A stretch of DNA of 64,000 bases. It comes from Eledone cirrhosa. Its lineage: Eukaryota. Both the position numbers and the translations under genes were made by a program. The notes beneath the pieces were generated by a model, which was not told where the DNA came from, searched no databases, and saw only the letters and a program-made list of their open reading frames with translations. Each line of letters begins with the position of its first letter. The stretch's first letter is position 1. The stretch spans positions 340,876,001 through 340,940,000 of the forward strand of contig OZ024743.1 in NCBI GenBank assembly GCA_964016885.1, written 5' to 3'. Of the stretch, positions 1 to 15,332 are shown piece after piece.

Positions 1-66
1 CTGTATAATCAGTTCCTGATTATTACTGGAATTCTATAAGAAACCAGCCTCTATAATTTTTGGCAG

Positions 67-182
67 AGGTCGGCGAGTACTTGGCTCTGATGAACACCAA
101 GAGTGTGAAAGAGATCTGTCAGCTTATCTCCCTTCATTTGCTGAAAAAAGAAATAAGTGACATAGTCACTACTTTAAAATAA
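67..182 (+). CDS. Possible terminal coding exon of a gene lying upstream of the window
   Basis: A pyrimidine run plus CAG acceptor (tttttggcag, 57-66) is followed by non-repetitive frame (E)VGEYLALMNTKSVKEICQLISLHLLKKEISDIVTTLK* with TAA at 180-182. No homology recognised. Confidence 0.2.
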
Positions 183-283
183 TAGCGCAAGGTCTTCAAA
201 ATGTTTTTAATTAAACATACAGTATATCACGAAATATACTATACATACATTCATGTATACATCGCTATTTCAGAGCACCAATA

Positions 284-384
<101 letters not shown>

Positions 385-858
385 CGTAAAATAAGAAAGT
401 TATAAAATTAACTTACTTACTAAAATTTCACTCCCTATATACATATATAGAATGTAGAGAAGTGACATACGAGTTGATAAATATAAAAAAATAGTAAAAA
501 AGAAGAAAAAATAGAAAATTCTATGGCGATTTTCTCTCAGAATAACATCAAAACATTTATTTACAAAATAGGAATTGCCGCATTAATTGTACCGGTTTCA
601 GCTTGTGTGCCTTGCATATTAATAAACATAATACTATGGGGAAAAATGTGTTTTTGTATACATACTTAGGGAGAAAAGCTCACATTTTTGTCTGTGGTTT
701 TCTTTCTTTCTCTCTTAGTGTTGACCTTAGTCTTAACAACAGTGGTAGTAGCAGGAGGGAAGAAAATGTTTTGATGTTATTCTGAGAGAAAATCCCTTTA
801 GCATTTTCTACTGTATTCTTCTTTTTTACTATTATATATATATATATATATATATATA

Positions 859-950
859 TTTCATTTCTGAATTTGTTTAGCAGGATTCTTTATCTGAAAA
901 CGAGTGTTGAAACCGATATTGTTATACCCTCCCAAAGTATAACAATATAT
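859..950 (+). repeat. Dispersed short repeat abutting (TA)n (family C); second copy at 9192-9283
   Basis: tttctgaatttgtttagcaggattctttatctgaaa...ccctcccaaagtataacaa|tatata occurs at both loci with the same 3' end at a TA tract. Confidence 0.75.
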
Positions 951-960
951 ATAAATATAA

Positions 961-1000
<40 letters not shown>

Positions 1001-1474
1001 ATATTTATATATAGTACATCACAAATGTTAGAGCAAACAAAGAAGTTTTCTAAAAACAATTTATCAATGGGTTTTGAACTCAATACAAAATAACTCATAT
1101 AGGGTTTGTTGCCAGCTGAAAATCCAGTGAGTGTGGTCTCCTGAATTTGATCCGATCTTTCAATTGTACCTTCAAAGAGTTAAGAGAGGAGGATTGAATC
1201 CTCAAATTTGCATGCATTTATTCAATTTTCTGATAATTGATTTAATATAGCAACTTTTCTGTTTTAACGTTTGAAAATATTTTTGAAGTTTTCATGTAAT
1301 TTGTTTCTCTGAATTCCAGTCACTACGTTCAAACTGGTATTCCTTTGTTCAACTTCTATGGAGTGGACATCAGTTTGTTTGGCACATATGTTCAGAAATT
1401 TTAACTTTAAATGCAATGAATTACACATGGCTATATTATATTATATCATACTATATTATATTCTATTCTATTAT

Positions 1475-1538
<64 letters not shown>

Positions 1539-1826
1539 AAAAGAAATCGAAAATATATATATATATATATGTGTGTGTGTCGCCGCCTTCTAATCATTGT
1601 ACTGATGCTAGTATTATTTACTTCTTGCATTGATTTCCAGTTTGAATAATTTTGGTTTTGTCTTAATAAATGTATATCTATCTACAACTGTATCCTATAT
1701 CTATATTGATTGCTTTTAGAATATGATATCAGCTGGTAGTTTATTTATTACTTGAAATATCTTTGTAGTAAAAAGGAAACAAAACATTTCGATGTCTGGA
1801 GATTTTCGTAAACACATGCATACCCA

Positions 1827-1905
<79 letters not shown>

Positions 1906-2193
1906 GATATATACAATTTTGCCGTTACTGAATTCTCAGAAACAAATATTGGAGAAAATTGGAAGTAAACATCCAATATAAATATATATATTATGCTGAT
2001 TTAGCAATCAATACTGAGGTTTTACTTGGTGCATGCTTAGTGCACTTAAGTATACACGCATTCAGTGCATGCTGTTATATATACATAGATACTCACACAC
2101 ATATACATACATATATACATAAATATAGTGGTAGAACACTGGAAGGTAATATCCGTAGTGGTAGAGCACTCAGTCCATGGGACGAGTTAGGTG

Positions 2194-2321
2194 GAAGTGG
2201 TTACACAACAGTTGGTTCACCATGCCTAGAACAATTGTTTCACCTTATCGGATCCTCAGCCCCGAGCTAAGGTGAAACAATTGTTCTCGGTATGGTGAAC
2301 TAACTGTCGTGTAACCACTTC
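2194..2321 (-). repeat. Fold-back palindrome containing a degenerate minimal hammerhead motif (PLE-like terminus)
   Basis: Arms gaagtggttacac...aacaattgtttcacctta / taaggtgaaacaattgtt...gtgtaaccacttc. The minus strand reads CUGAGGA ucc gaua agg u GAAA C AAUU G UU. Confidence 0.65.
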
Positions 2322-2398
2322 TATATACATAAATATATATATATACCACTTAAATTATTTTCATTACCAAAAGGTAGAACTGCTGGTGCGTTTAATAT

Positions 2399-2469
<71 letters not shown>

Positions 2470-2557
2470 TAGGGCACAAACTATTTACAATACCTACACT
2501 CTACTTTTGCAAGTAGCTCAACAATGGTCTTACTATTCTAAATTGGCAATTTCCAAT

Positions 2558-2639
<82 letters not shown>

Positions 2640-3744
2640 GGTGTGTGCAACCCCCATCACGTCCCCTCCCTTTTGAGGTTATTTTCGATTATTTTCATGT
2701 TACACCCTTTTTACTCGATTATATGTAAACTCCCCCTTTGTATTTGTCCCTTCTTTTTATGCCTTTATGGTAAATAAAGAAATCTATCTATCTATATATC
2801 TATCTATATTTTTTGACACTTTATAGTATAATAAATTGTCCAGAAACATCACATTATAGCTGTATATGTAATTTTTGTAAATAGCTATCCGAATTCATAC
2901 ACGTTATAGCTGTTTCAATTTCAACACAAAGCCATTTGCTAGGCAAGTGTAATTCTGAATAGAAATAATTACCCCCTATTAAAATAAGAAGCTTTTGGGA
3001 GACAGTGTTCTAAAAAATGTTTTGAAAATATTTTGCCAATAGAAGACTTTTTATATCAAATATAATACGGCTTAAAAAACTGTTTAATACAAAACAGATG
3101 ATTGCTTATTGATTCTTTAGATAGAACTATGAAAGCAAGGTTATTACATAACTGGTTATCATTTGTACGGTGTATACCTGTGAGACATTCGCTATAAGTT
3201 TTTGCAAGTAAATATAAGTATAGATTTCCAGATAATAAAAGTGATTTGTAGCCAAAAATATACTTTTCATTAGGTCCAGTCTCCTGGATTTTGATTATTC
3301 TGCGTCACCGCCTAGTTTAATCGATTATATTGACCATAATATTTAGCCTGGTACTAATGTTATCATTATTGATCTCTATTTACTAAATACCTAATTGTGC
3401 CTTTTATATAATGTAATGTAACCCGCCACGTTAATTTCCTTCGCTACTACAATTTGCATTAATATTTTTTTGGTTGTTTCTTAAATCCCGATATGTTCTC
3501 TTTTCATCGGTGGACCCTTAGATCACTGTTAAATCCCAGAAGGAAGTACTTGTTTGTTTATCAAGTCAATTTGAAGTTCTGCATGTATGCTTCTTTTGTC
3601 GCTTCTTCTGATATTACTAATTGTGTCTCTCCTCCAAATGTTTAAACTCTCTTCATCTCTGAAACCACCGAGTTCAGTAGCTAACAGTGATTTCTTATAC
3701 ATTTGGAATATTGATAGAGCTGCTCTTCACAATTGCATACGTAG

Positions 3745-4270
3745 GTAGCTTGATGCTTGATGAATGGCAGAGATTTTGGGCATCTCTCGGCTCTGATTTC
3801 TTTGGTCTTGGAAGTTAGGAGGTGACGGTGTCGTCGAACAGAGCTAGTCATGCCAAGGTTCCCGTTCACAGCTCTGGACATCGTGGAAAGAGACACACTG
3901 CGTTTCTTTGCAAGAGTTGTCATGGGTGTGGATGGGTTGTCTTCAATCGAGCGTTTGAGGACAGCGAGAAACTTTCCTATCAGTCTTTCCCACTTCTTTA
4001 AATTGTTTATACACACGTTAAACTGTTGCTTTTGGAAGTTTCGTCAACTTACCAATTTTATTGGCAGTGTTCCCGGTGCGCGCCAAAACAACAATGGCGG
4101 AACGTTTCTGTTGTTCCATGACTTTCTGTTGTCTAATCAGTTCGCTATTTACTTGAAAAATAAAGAGGAGAATTAGATTTTCTAGCAAGCAAGGTTTTGT
4201 CAAAAGATGAAATGTTAAACCAACTAAGCCAACCGTTTAAAATTAGTTTGAATTTATCTGCAAGACCCTG
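3745..4270 (-). mobile_element. Tc1/mariner-superfamily (maT/DD37D-like) transposon, 5' part only, frameshifted
   Basis: TA + TIR CAGGGTCTTGCAGATAAAT at 4270. HTH-type N-terminus MEQQKRSAIVVLARTGNTANKIGKLTKLPKATV...KRSIEDNPSTPMTTLAKKRSVSLSTMSRAV..LGMTS.VRRHRHLLT. The catalytic domain and right TIR are missing. Confidence 0.8.
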
Positions 4271-5060
4271 TATTTGCCTGATCTATGAAGTACTTCTTCG
4301 GTCTGTTGTCCAGACATTGATGGCCTTAGAGTTGCCGAGTAGGGAGAAGCGAATAAAATATGATTAGAATGAGTGCAATTTAAGTCGACACATAATATTT
4401 AAGTCTCTGAGTGTCGAATGTATGTGGTGAATACATACACATCCATACAGGTAGGTTGTAATAGAGATTTGGTGGATAATTTTCAGACGTTGTATCTATA
4501 GTGGTTATATATCTTTAGTGGTTTTACTAAAATACAACACTAGTGCATGGTGGTGGATTAGCAGAATTGTTCGAGAGACGAATGAGATTGCTTGCATGCG
4601 GTATTTGATCTAACGCTTTATATTTTGGGTTATTATGATGTAGATTTAATTTGCTGCCCGGTTTAACATCACTACCAGGTCTATAGATATCTTTAGTATG
4701 ATTTACTCTGTTACAAGTATGTGCACCACGTCTCTAGTTTGATCATAACTTTCTCTATTCACCCACTAGTCCCGGAAACTTTAAAAAAGAAAACGCCAGT
4801 AGGAATTTCCCTTTCTCAATCTCTAATTGGTAAAATATTATATGAACTTTGATATCGAAATTGAACTATTGGTTTAGAAAGACACGCTTTCTGAGCCTTC
4901 TTAAGGATGTAGAAAGATGTTTGGAGTGGTTGTGAACTCTGTCGTCTAGAGTGTTGTCATTGGAATCAACATACAGATACACACACATGCGCACCTCCCA
5001 CACACATTTGCACATTCACATAATCATGCATACACACGCACACGCATACGTATACACACA

Positions 5061-5349
<289 letters not shown>

Positions 5350-5530
5350 CATTTTGGAAGTTTGAATATATTTCTGGGAACAAATATCACTCATAAAGTA
5401 TTGGTAAGTACAAGACAAAGTAGAGACCATTTGTCTAGTGTAGAATTGAACCCCGAACCACTACGTTCCCAAGTAAACTTCTTAATCACACCCTCATGTA
5501 CTGTCACATTTCTCACCATTATATATTTAA

Positions 5531-5639
5531 AATCCCGTGAAGGTTAACTTTGCCCTTCATCCTTACGGGGTCACTAAAATAAAGTACCAGTAATGTACTG
5601 GGTAATTGCTGGCCTTGTACCAAAAGTAGAAACAATTAT
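5531..5639 (+). mobile_element. tRNA-derived SINE (family 1), 3' half
   Basis: aggttaactttgcccttcatccttacgggg...aaataaagtaccagtaatgtactggg...caaaagtagaaacaattat matches the full copies (e.g. 20656-20846). Confidence 0.85.
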
Positions 5640-5820
5640 AGATTTAGAATTGGCAGCTGACTGTTCACAAAGTAATCTTTGTGAAATATGGGTAGTATTT
5701 GAATGTTTCGAATACTATGTTATTTTAGACACACATTCAGTTAAACACACACACAAACATACACAAACATACACAAACACACACACAAATACACACACAC
5801 ACACACGCACACAAACACAC

Positions 5821-5875
<55 letters not shown>

Positions 5876-6194
5876 TATATGCGAAACGTAAATGGAAGAC
5901 AACAAAGCAACCAATTCAGTACAATAAAGATATATATTAGTTTAATGGTTAATATATATATATATATGTATGTATATTATCTCCCCCCACTCTCTCTCTC
6001 TGTCTCTCTCTCTATCTCTCTCCTCTCTCTCTCTATATATATATATATGTATATATATATGTGTGTGTGTGTGTGTATATATATGTGTATGTGTGTGTGT
6101 GTGTATTGAATACTATGTTATTTTAGACACATTCAGTTAAACACACACACACAAACACAGAAGTACACAAACACACACACAGACAGATAGAAAG

Positions 6195-6229
<35 letters not shown>

Positions 6230-6312
6230 CATATTCAGTTAAACACACACACACAAACATACACACAAACACAGAAGAACACAAAAACACACACAGACAG
6301 ACAGATAGAAAG

Positions 6313-6380
<68 letters not shown>

Positions 6381-6480
6381 GTGTGTGTGTCTTTCTATCT
6401 GTCTGTGTGTGTTTTTGTGTTCTTCTGTGTTTGTGTGTGTGTGTTTAACTGAATGTGTCTAAAATAACATAGTATTCAAT

Positions 6481-6581
<101 letters not shown>

Positions 6582-6669
6582 CATATATGTATGTATATAT
6601 ATATATACATATGTATATATATATACACACATATATATATATACATACATACATATATATTTATGTATG

Positions 6670-6722
<53 letters not shown>

Positions 6723-7080
6723 ATAGCATAAAAGTAAATATCGATCTTTATTTTTATAATTATCTTCAGTATTTTTGTCATGCTGTGTTCATTGTTTGTT
6801 TAAACAAATTGAATTTTGCTCCAACCTGCAACGTATATTTTGTAATTGCATTACGATTGCACCTGCTATACGTTATATCTTAATAACGTGGGAATAAAAT
6901 AACATATGTTGTTAATATTGATTTTTAACATAGAGACACAAGGTGACACATTTTGGGGAACACAACCAAATAAATATTAGATAATTACTGATTATATCTG
7001 ACGCGCAAAAATGAAAGTCGAAGTAAATTTTGGCGGCATTTGAAACCGATAAACATCACCATGTATATTATATCATATAC

Positions 7081-7128
<48 letters not shown>

Positions 7129-7132
<4 letters not shown>

Positions 7133-7440
7133 GTTGAAAAGGTAACATAATAGAGAAAGATACAGTGCGCTATCAATAAGACAGGGAAAAACTACCAGTG
7201 TATGTAATCTATAACCTATGAAAGGTAGACAAGAGACACGATAATTAAAAATATAAATTAAAGCGTAAATAATTACCTCTATAACTATATGTGTGTTATA
7301 TAATTATAGAAGTATTTATTTACGCTTTAATTTATATTTTTTAATTAACGTGTGTATACTCTACCTTTCATAGGTTATAGATTCAATACCCTGTTTTATA
7401 GATAGCGCACTGTATCTAGTGTGTTACCTTTTCAACATAT
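7129..7440. repeat. ~310 bp imperfect palindrome next to (TA)n
   Basis: atatgttgaaaaggtaaca...gatacagtgcgctatc...ctataacctatgaaaggtaga...aaagcgtaaataa is mirrored by ttatttacgcttt...tctacctttcataggttatag...gatagcgcactgtatc...tgttaccttttcaacatat. Confidence 0.85.
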
Positions 7441-7564
7441 TGTATTTTAAAGAGCTCAGGATTTCCTCTCCTTTGAGCACATTATTTACAGGGAATGACG
7501 AGAGTCTATGGCCCCGTTAATGTATAGTGATATATATATATATATATATATACATATATATATA

Positions 7565-7649
7565 CAGGGTGCCCCCCCCCAAAAAAAATGTATACACAAT
7601 TCAACAACATTCTAATAAAAGTGTGCATACATCTTCTTGGGACACCCTG
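7565..7649. mobile_element. Tc1/mariner-type MITE (~85 bp)
   Basis: TA|CAGGGTGCCCC...AAATGTATACAC ... GTGTGCATACATC...GGGACACCCTG terminal inverted repeats. Confidence 0.7.
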
Positions 7650-7655
7650 AATATA

Positions 7656-9041
7656 TCTATACTATAAAATTGACGGCCGTATGTAGGTAACAAACTTTCC
7701 GCCACACGGCTGGACCAAACAGCACCAAATTTTTACCATAGATGTAACTTTTTCCAAGTAAAAAGGTGAGGGGATTTTTGTCTACTGAATTTTATTAAAT
7801 ATTCACTTCTTTAAAATTTAAAATGTCAACTCTTCCAGTTATACGTCATTCCTCACTTTTTCTTATGACGTCGCACAACAATCCCCTCTTTTTCTTAGTC
7901 TTGCTTTTTAGATAGATACATACCCATAACGTAGCGCACTTATAATATGTCTCTGTATGTCTGACTGTCTGCATTAGATAACGTTTTTCGAAATATTTAC
8001 TTCTGCGTTCACAGACTGAGTTTATTATTTAAGGGTGAAATCAGCGATTCTTTGCTTAAATTTTAATGTTATTTTAATATATATATTCGTGTACAGATAT
8101 TTTTGCATACAAAATCCTATTTATTTCACGAAAGCACAGACGGCTTGTCGTCATTGTTACTGTTCGAAGTTAGAAGACCACAGTCTTTCCAAGATCTGAA
8201 AACCATCAATGTCCATCAATGTTCCAATTACCGTTTGGCTTGCCAGATGCATGGTATGTTAGACGATGACAGCCATTGGCACCTCACCCTGCAAGAAGCA
8301 GCAACTTCTAGATTCCCTTTTCAGCTGCGAAAACCTTTTGCTATTATGCTGCACAACTGCGATCTCGCCGACCCTCTCGCAATGTGGAACATCCACCGCG
8401 AAAGTCTAGCTGAGAACAACCTCCAGCGCACACGCAGACACAATCGGAACGTAATATACGATGTCGTTTTCAATGAGGGGCTCATTTGTCTTGAAAACAG
8501 TGTCCTGGAGATTGATGGTAGGCCTCTAAGTCACTACAGCTTACCAGCTCCTGACAGGAGTGTCCAGAGGTCAACCTCTACAGAGCTTCTCCGTGAGACG
8601 AGCTACGAGGTCAGTGCTTCTCCCATGGTAAACTGTATGTAGGTTGCTCTAGGGTGAGCTCGCCAAACAATCTCTTCATCTTTGCTCCGGAGGGCCGAAC
8701 AGAAAATATTGTATACTCTGAGGCTCTAATAATGTCATTTAAATATTTTCTGTTACTTGGAATTTCCATTATGGTTGTACAAATTATTGTTTGTTAAAAA
8801 ATGTGTTCTCTGTTCAGCCTTTATTGTTGTAAATATCAATTTTCTTTAACGTACTGGCTGCTGAACTGGGGAATCGTAAAATTTATTCAAACCCAACATC
8901 AGAGCACATTAACCCCCCCCCCCCTCCCCCTTCGCTGACTTGAGAGTGCATGCGGTATCTTTGCACTGGAGTGGAGGAGGATTCCTGAAAAGATAAAATG
9001 CCGGTATAATTAGCCGGCCGCCAGCCGGACGGGCCATCTAG
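7656..9041 (+). mobile_element. Helitron deletion derivative retaining both termini and RepHel fragments
   Basis: 5' A|TCTATACTATAAAA. The 3' end has a GC-rich hairpin (gccggccgccagccggacgggc) then CTAG at 9038-9041. ORF 8103-8642 resembles the Helitron Rep-helicase linker (LLLFEVRRPQSFQDLKT..YRLACQMHGMLDDDSHW..LQEAA..QLR..FAIMLHNC..P..MW). It is joined to a PIF1 C-terminus (CFSHGKLYVGCSRV..NLFI..TENIVYSEAL) in another frame. Confidence 0.9.
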
Positions 9042-9043
9042 AA

Positions 9044-9114
<71 letters not shown>

Positions 9115-9361
9115 ACACATATGTATATAAATATATGTATATACATATATATATATTTATGTATATATATATGTATAAATATATATATATGTTTCGTTTC
9201 TGAATTTGTTTAGCAAGATTCTTTATCTGAAATCGTGTGTTGAAAACTTATTGGCAACATGACCCTCCCAAAGTATAACAATATATATATATGTATATAC
9301 ATATATATATATATTTTTTTATGAATATATATATATGTATATACATATTTATATATTTATG

Positions 9362-9427
<66 letters not shown>

Positions 9428-9974
9428 TATATATATGTAAATGTATATATATATATAGTAATAAGAATATTTATATGTATATATGTTTGATACAACTATA
9501 AATATGAGGTGTGTACTAGCCGGTTACCAGTATGACAAAAGACTCAATGCAAATTTTGAAGTGTTTTACAGAGCCGAGATACAAAGTGTTATAACGAACA
9601 AACACATTATTTGTTGACAATTGTTTCTTCCAGAGGGATGTCTGGATTCATCGGAGTATAGCGAATTTTGAAACATGTAACTAAAATCCTAATCATTTAG
9701 AACATTTAGGGTAGATAATTGTTTTTAGTATCAAAGCAAATAAATGTTCTAAACTAAAATTTGATCGGTATAACACTTTCGGTATACATATATATGCAAC
9801 TAAATGTTGAAATGGCAAGAGCTCAACCGTTGGGACCCGACACTTTCTAATATAGTCACACTGTACTAACCTAGGTATTGAGGTACTCTGCTGAATAATG
9901 CTTTAACCTGTTTAATATTGGTCGAATCCTGATATATATATATCAGGATTTACTAGTATTAAGCTAGTTAGACC

Positions 9975-10045
<71 letters not shown>

Positions 10046-10061
10046 TATATCTACTCCAAAT

Positions 10062-10135
10062 ACTTGTCGAGTGCTTTATATCAGTTATAAAAATATTTGC
10101 TTGTTGTATCCCAACAATTTAATTAGAACTTTTGC
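10062..10135 (+). repeat. Dispersed short repeat abutting (TA)n (family D); second copy at ~43830-43915
   Basis: gagtgctttatatcagtta.aaaaatattt.gcttgttgtatcccaacaa is shared by both loci, and both end at TA tracts. Confidence 0.7.
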
Positions 10136-10250
10136 ATATATATATATATATATCAGTTAAAAACAAAAAAAAACAACAAAAAAAATACCGAAGTGTGCAG
10201 TACAAAGAGTGTAGGTATTAGATTTACGCTTGAAAGTGGGGGTGGGGGAC

Positions 10251-10362
<112 letters not shown>

Positions 10363-10449
10363 TATATATATATATAATTTATACGTATATTATACCTATA
10401 AAACATCCACTATTCTAGCCTCAACATTTTTGCTTTGTGCATAAGGTGT

Positions 10450-11580
10450 TATCCCTTGCATTACTGTACACATGGAATATTCAATTCATTAAGAATTGGG
10501 TTCCTGATCATCTACACCACATCACCTCAACCACTTCTTTGTCGATTTGTTGACAAACTTTGAAACCAGCTATTGCTACCTTCACCCCAGGCAAAGCTGC
10601 AGTACAGTCAACGTTCAACATTATTGATGAGTTTTCTTGTCTCAACTTCTGCTAGCACCAATACATTGTCACAAACATATTTTGGACCTCAAGTTTAGTA
10701 ACCACATTAACACACTTTACAAAATTGCTGCGGAAAAAACCTCTCCTCTCAATTCATGATATTATTGTTTCTAATCTGAGATTCCACCAGTCAAACGTTG
10801 AACCCAATAACCTTCCCTAGTCCGCCGCTTTGATAATCTGGATTTTCCTAATGCAAACTGGGATGTCAACAGGATTTTCGGTCATACACACCTTCACAAA
10901 CATCACGTCATCTTAGTAAATATTTGTAGGTACTGTTACAAATATAAGTGCAAAACGTACCCCATCAAGATCTGTGAAGAAAACTAAGGGAAACACCTTT
11001 ATAAATAAAAAAAAAACAATTTGAAAAATTAAATAAATAAATAACAAAATAATATCGACAAAACCGCATGATGACCATTATCAAGAACCAAAGAAGGGCA
11101 AAAAACCGCAAGGTCGCTGTTTCCACTGTTGGTACTGACTGACAAAAATAAATCTCTCCATGATGATCCTAAACTTATGGGCGAGATACTGTAGAAACAA
11201 TACTGCTCTGTTTCAAAAATCCTGATATGGCTGATCTGACCAAACGATATCTAACATAACATTTGTCAACCCTGGTATCTTAGCGGCAATAAACAAATAA
11301 ACTCAGTAGTAGGCTCCGGTATGAATCCCTTCTAGTGTCTTGAAGGGGTGTCGACATTTAGGTGTATTACCTAGAGCTAATCTCTGGAGGAACTCACTTG
11401 GCGTAATTGATATCACGGAACATTTTATATCCCAGTTTGTCGTCCCGGTGTTCAGTAAAGGAAACAGGTGCTTTGCAGTGAAGTACCGTCCTATCTCACT
11501 CACCGCTCATATCATTAATGTATATGAGGGGGTGGTGAGATCACAAATAATTCACTCCCCCGAAATAGTTTTAACAATTA
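10450..11580 (+). mobile_element. Degenerate CR1/L2-type LINE ORF2 fragment
   Basis: VVPVFSKGNRCFAVKYRPISLTAHIINVYEGVVR corresponds to RT domain 0/1 (PI.KKG......NYRPISLT). The upstream part is decayed, so its boundary is approximate. Confidence 0.65.
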
Positions 11581-11589
11581 ACAATTAAA

Positions 11590-11862
11590 CGACCAGTGTT
11601 GGACTTACGATCATGATGTCGTGGGTTCGATTCCTGGGCTGCATGTTGTGTTCTTGAGCAAAACACTTCATTTCACGTTTGCTCCAGTATACTCAGCTGA
11701 AAATGAGTACCAGCAATAGCTGGGGGTTTAACCCTGCGATGGGCTGGCGTCCAGTCCAGGGGGGAGTCTTGTACTCTCAGTCGCTTCACGCCATGAAACT
11801 GGGATAAGCACCGGCCAAATGAACCTTCTGGCTTAAAACAGACTTTAGACTTAGAATTAAAC
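11590..11862 (+). mobile_element. tRNA-derived SINE (family 2)
   Basis: B-box GGTTCGATTCC, then tgtgttcttgagcaaaacacttcatttcacgtttgctccagtatactcagctgaaaatgagtacc. Related to 35940-36223. Confidence 0.75.
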
Positions 11863-11992
11863 AACCAGGCGGTGGCTAAACGAACCGACGAATGAATTAG
11901 TTACTCGACTAATAAACTAATAAACTGCTGTGAAATTCTCATGTAGTATTTGTTTTTATTGGCAGCCACACACACACACGCACACACTCACG

Positions 11993-12060
<68 letters not shown>

Positions 12061-12073
12061 TATATATATATTC

Positions 12074-12139
<66 letters not shown>

Positions 12140-13039
12140 GTGTGTGTGTAGCAATATCCGTATGTGTGGAAAGACAAAAGGAAAATAGTGCAATCGGGAA
12201 GAGAGCTGAAATATATTATTTATTTATCTTCCAAAAAAGCGAAAATAAAAAAATAAAATTATTCAATTGTAACTCCTTGACGATATCCTACTCATGGGGA
12301 CAGTCTATTAGGTAAAACATTACTGCATAGAATATACCTGAATTTAATCCAAGCTGTTCTTGTGAGATTAAAATGAATTGCCCTCTCCAACAGAAATGTA
12401 ATATGAAATCCGTTATGTATGAGGCAGAAATGACACACAACGCCACAGTAAATTCTGAAGATAGCGAAAGATATATCGGTATGGTGCAAAATTATTATAA
12501 ATAACGCTTTTACACGCGTCTCCACTCCTTCGAGAATACTGATATGAGCACCATTACAGCCCTGGCGAAAAATGTCTAGCAATTAGAGGAGAAAGGAGTC
12601 CCCCATAAGCTCACTTGAAACATATTAAACATATTTGAAAGATCAAGTCCTTGCACCAATAGTACCAAACAATGTCGTCTTTGATTGACTGAGAAATTTA
12701 GAATATTACCAGGTCTATCATCGCCGAACAATATTTATTTGAACTCAAAGAGGAAAATTCTTTGAGGATGCCTCCATCTCAAAACTGAAATTCTTGCTAA
12801 GTGGAATACTCGACAAATTCAACTTTTTTCCAACCAACTTAATTTGATTTATATGCCTCCGTTATATCTTTTCTTTCCCTTTCTTTTCCCTCTCTTACAT
12901 AATACAATACACTTTAGATACTACTCTACTTCATACCATCTCTATATTACATTCCACTACATAATACAACACCTATGCTATAGCATACAAACACTAACAC
13001 TTTAACAATGTCACATTTCAAATTTACATCTCATGCGGA

Positions 13040-13760
13040 CTAAAACTATTCTCATTGTATTTGGTTGCAATGTTTCACGAACCTCCTGCAGACAATCCAG
13101 GATTATACATCAGATATCGATGTAATGGAGGACTTTTTACCTTAGTAGACTTCAATCCAAAATATGCTGATGACAACATTGCTCTCTGGCATTCAAAAGA
13201 AGAACTCCAACAGCCTGTGAACAACTTTGCTATGGAATACCATCGTTTTGGCCTTACAGTAAACATGAAGAAACCAAGATCCGTGCACACCAACCGCAAA
13301 TACCATCTTACAAAATTTTGATAATGCCATCTCTGATACACCTATCAAACAAGTAGAGCATTTTCTATATCTAGGCAGCCTTTACCAACTGAGTGCACCC
13401 CAGAAAAGAGTATGGATACACAATTGGAGCTGCACATAGGGCATTTGGAAAACTAAGCAAAGGCGTCTTCGACAACAAAAATCTAAACTTAAGAAACATT
13501 ATGGTGTATTATACTGTTGTCATTTTAACCTTGTTTATATGGCTGCGATACATGGACTCTATATCGTTGCGACATCCAAAAATTAGAACGCTTTGTCCAG
13601 CAAAAGCTTTGTTCAATCTTGGAAATCAAATGCGAACACAATGTGACCAACAACAGTCCTGGAAAGAGCCAATAGTCAAATCATTGAACCGTTGATCATG
13701 AAACACCATCTTTAATGGTGAGGATAAGTAGCAAGAATGGAAGAGGGTTTCCCTCTTGAG
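13040..13760 (+). mobile_element. RTE-clade LINE RT/C-terminal fragment, frameshifted
   Basis: GLYIRYRCNGGLF..YADD.IAL.HSKEELQQ.VNNFA..YHRFGLTVNMKK, followed by FLYLGS and AAHRAFGKL..GVF.NKNL. Confidence 0.8.
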
Positions 13761-14214
13761 AGATATAAGGACCAACTATGTCCGTTGTGGCCGGAAGTGG
13801 CTTTTATATTTAATTATTTGTTATATTTATTTATTTATTTTAAACTCTTTTGTGTTAAAATTAAGGTCAAGACAGGTCAAAGAGGCAAAGAGTCGTTTTC
13901 CTTTAAATTCGCTTAGACGTATATATATAAGTATGTGCTTGCTTAAGTATGTGTAAGTACGCACGCATATATGTAAACACGCATGGACGGAATATACGGT
14001 TTCTCACAGATGGATAAATTGGTCAACTTTATCCATCCTTCTCATAGATGGAATAGTTCCTTTATTTTCCTCAGTCGAAGAGATACTAATCTCGAAATAT
14101 CAAGTCATATGAATAAATTAAAGTAAAAAATAACAAACGCTACTTTTTCTCCTTTTTGCGTTTTAATTTTTTCTCTGTCCAAACCTGCATTGTCGTGGCT
14201 TTCTAACTTCGAAT

Positions 14215-14344
<130 letters not shown>

Positions 14345-14366
14345 TATATACACATACATATATACA

Positions 14367-15195
14367 TCTATACTGTAAAGCTGACGGCCGTATGTAAGTA
14401 ACATACTTTCCGCCAAGCGGCTGGACCAAACGGCTCCACATTTGCACCATAGATGTAACTTTTTCCAAGTAAGAAAGTGAGGCTATTTTTGTGTACTGAA
14501 TTTTGTTAACAGATTAAAGACATTGGTGGATTGACAGTATCGGTAGAGAGTCGGATGCCATGCTTTGAAGCATAGAGTTACATCCTTTATGATCTGAGTT
14601 CAAATCCCGCCGAGGTTAACTTTGCCTTTCATCCTTACGGGGTCGATAAAATAAAGTACCAGTAATGTACTGGGTATTTGCTGGCCTTGTGCCAAAAAGT
14701 AGAAACAATTATTTAAATATTCACTTCTTTAAAATTTTCAAATGTCAACACTTCCAGTTATATGACATTCCTAACGTCTTCACGAACCAAAGTATCATGT
14801 TCCTGTTTTCTTTCGGTTGCAAAGTTTTTCCAAATATTTACTTCTGCATTGACAGATTGATTCTTTTAGTTTCAGAAGATCCCATTAAGGGTGACAGCAG
14901 CGATTCTTTGCTTAAACTTTAATCTGTTATTTTAATATATATATATATAATTATATATTCGTGTAGAGATATGTTTGCATACACAAAAACAAAATATAAA
15001 CAAACGTATTTATTTCACGAAAGCACATACGGCTTATCGTCATTGTTACTGCCGATATGCCACCCAAAAAGTCCCTGCCTGGCCGCAAGATCAGATTTTA
15101 CCAGAAGAAAAAATATTACTGGAGCTACAGAGAGACTAAGCTTCGCGATTACCATCAACAAAGCTCAGGGCCAAACCCTAAAAGTGGCTAGCCTT

Positions 15196-15200
<5 letters not shown>
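14367..15200 (+). mobile_element. Second Helitron derivative (same family as 7656-9041), interrupted by a SINE, 3' end missing
   Basis: A|TCTATACTGTAAAGCTGACGGCCGTATG... is collinear with 7656-8160. It then carries the PIF1 motif RLSFAITINKAQGQTLKVA. Confidence 0.85.
14525..14712 (+). mobile_element. tRNA-derived SINE (family 1) nested in the Helitron
   Basis: A-box-like ggattgacagtatcggtag, B-box GAGTTCAAATCCC, and conserved core tttgcctttcatccttacggggtcgataaaataaagtacca (Deu/Nin-domain-like). Confidence 0.9.
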
Positions 15201-15237
<37 letters not shown>

Positions 15238-15240
15238 CTC

Positions 15241-15332
<92 letters not shown>
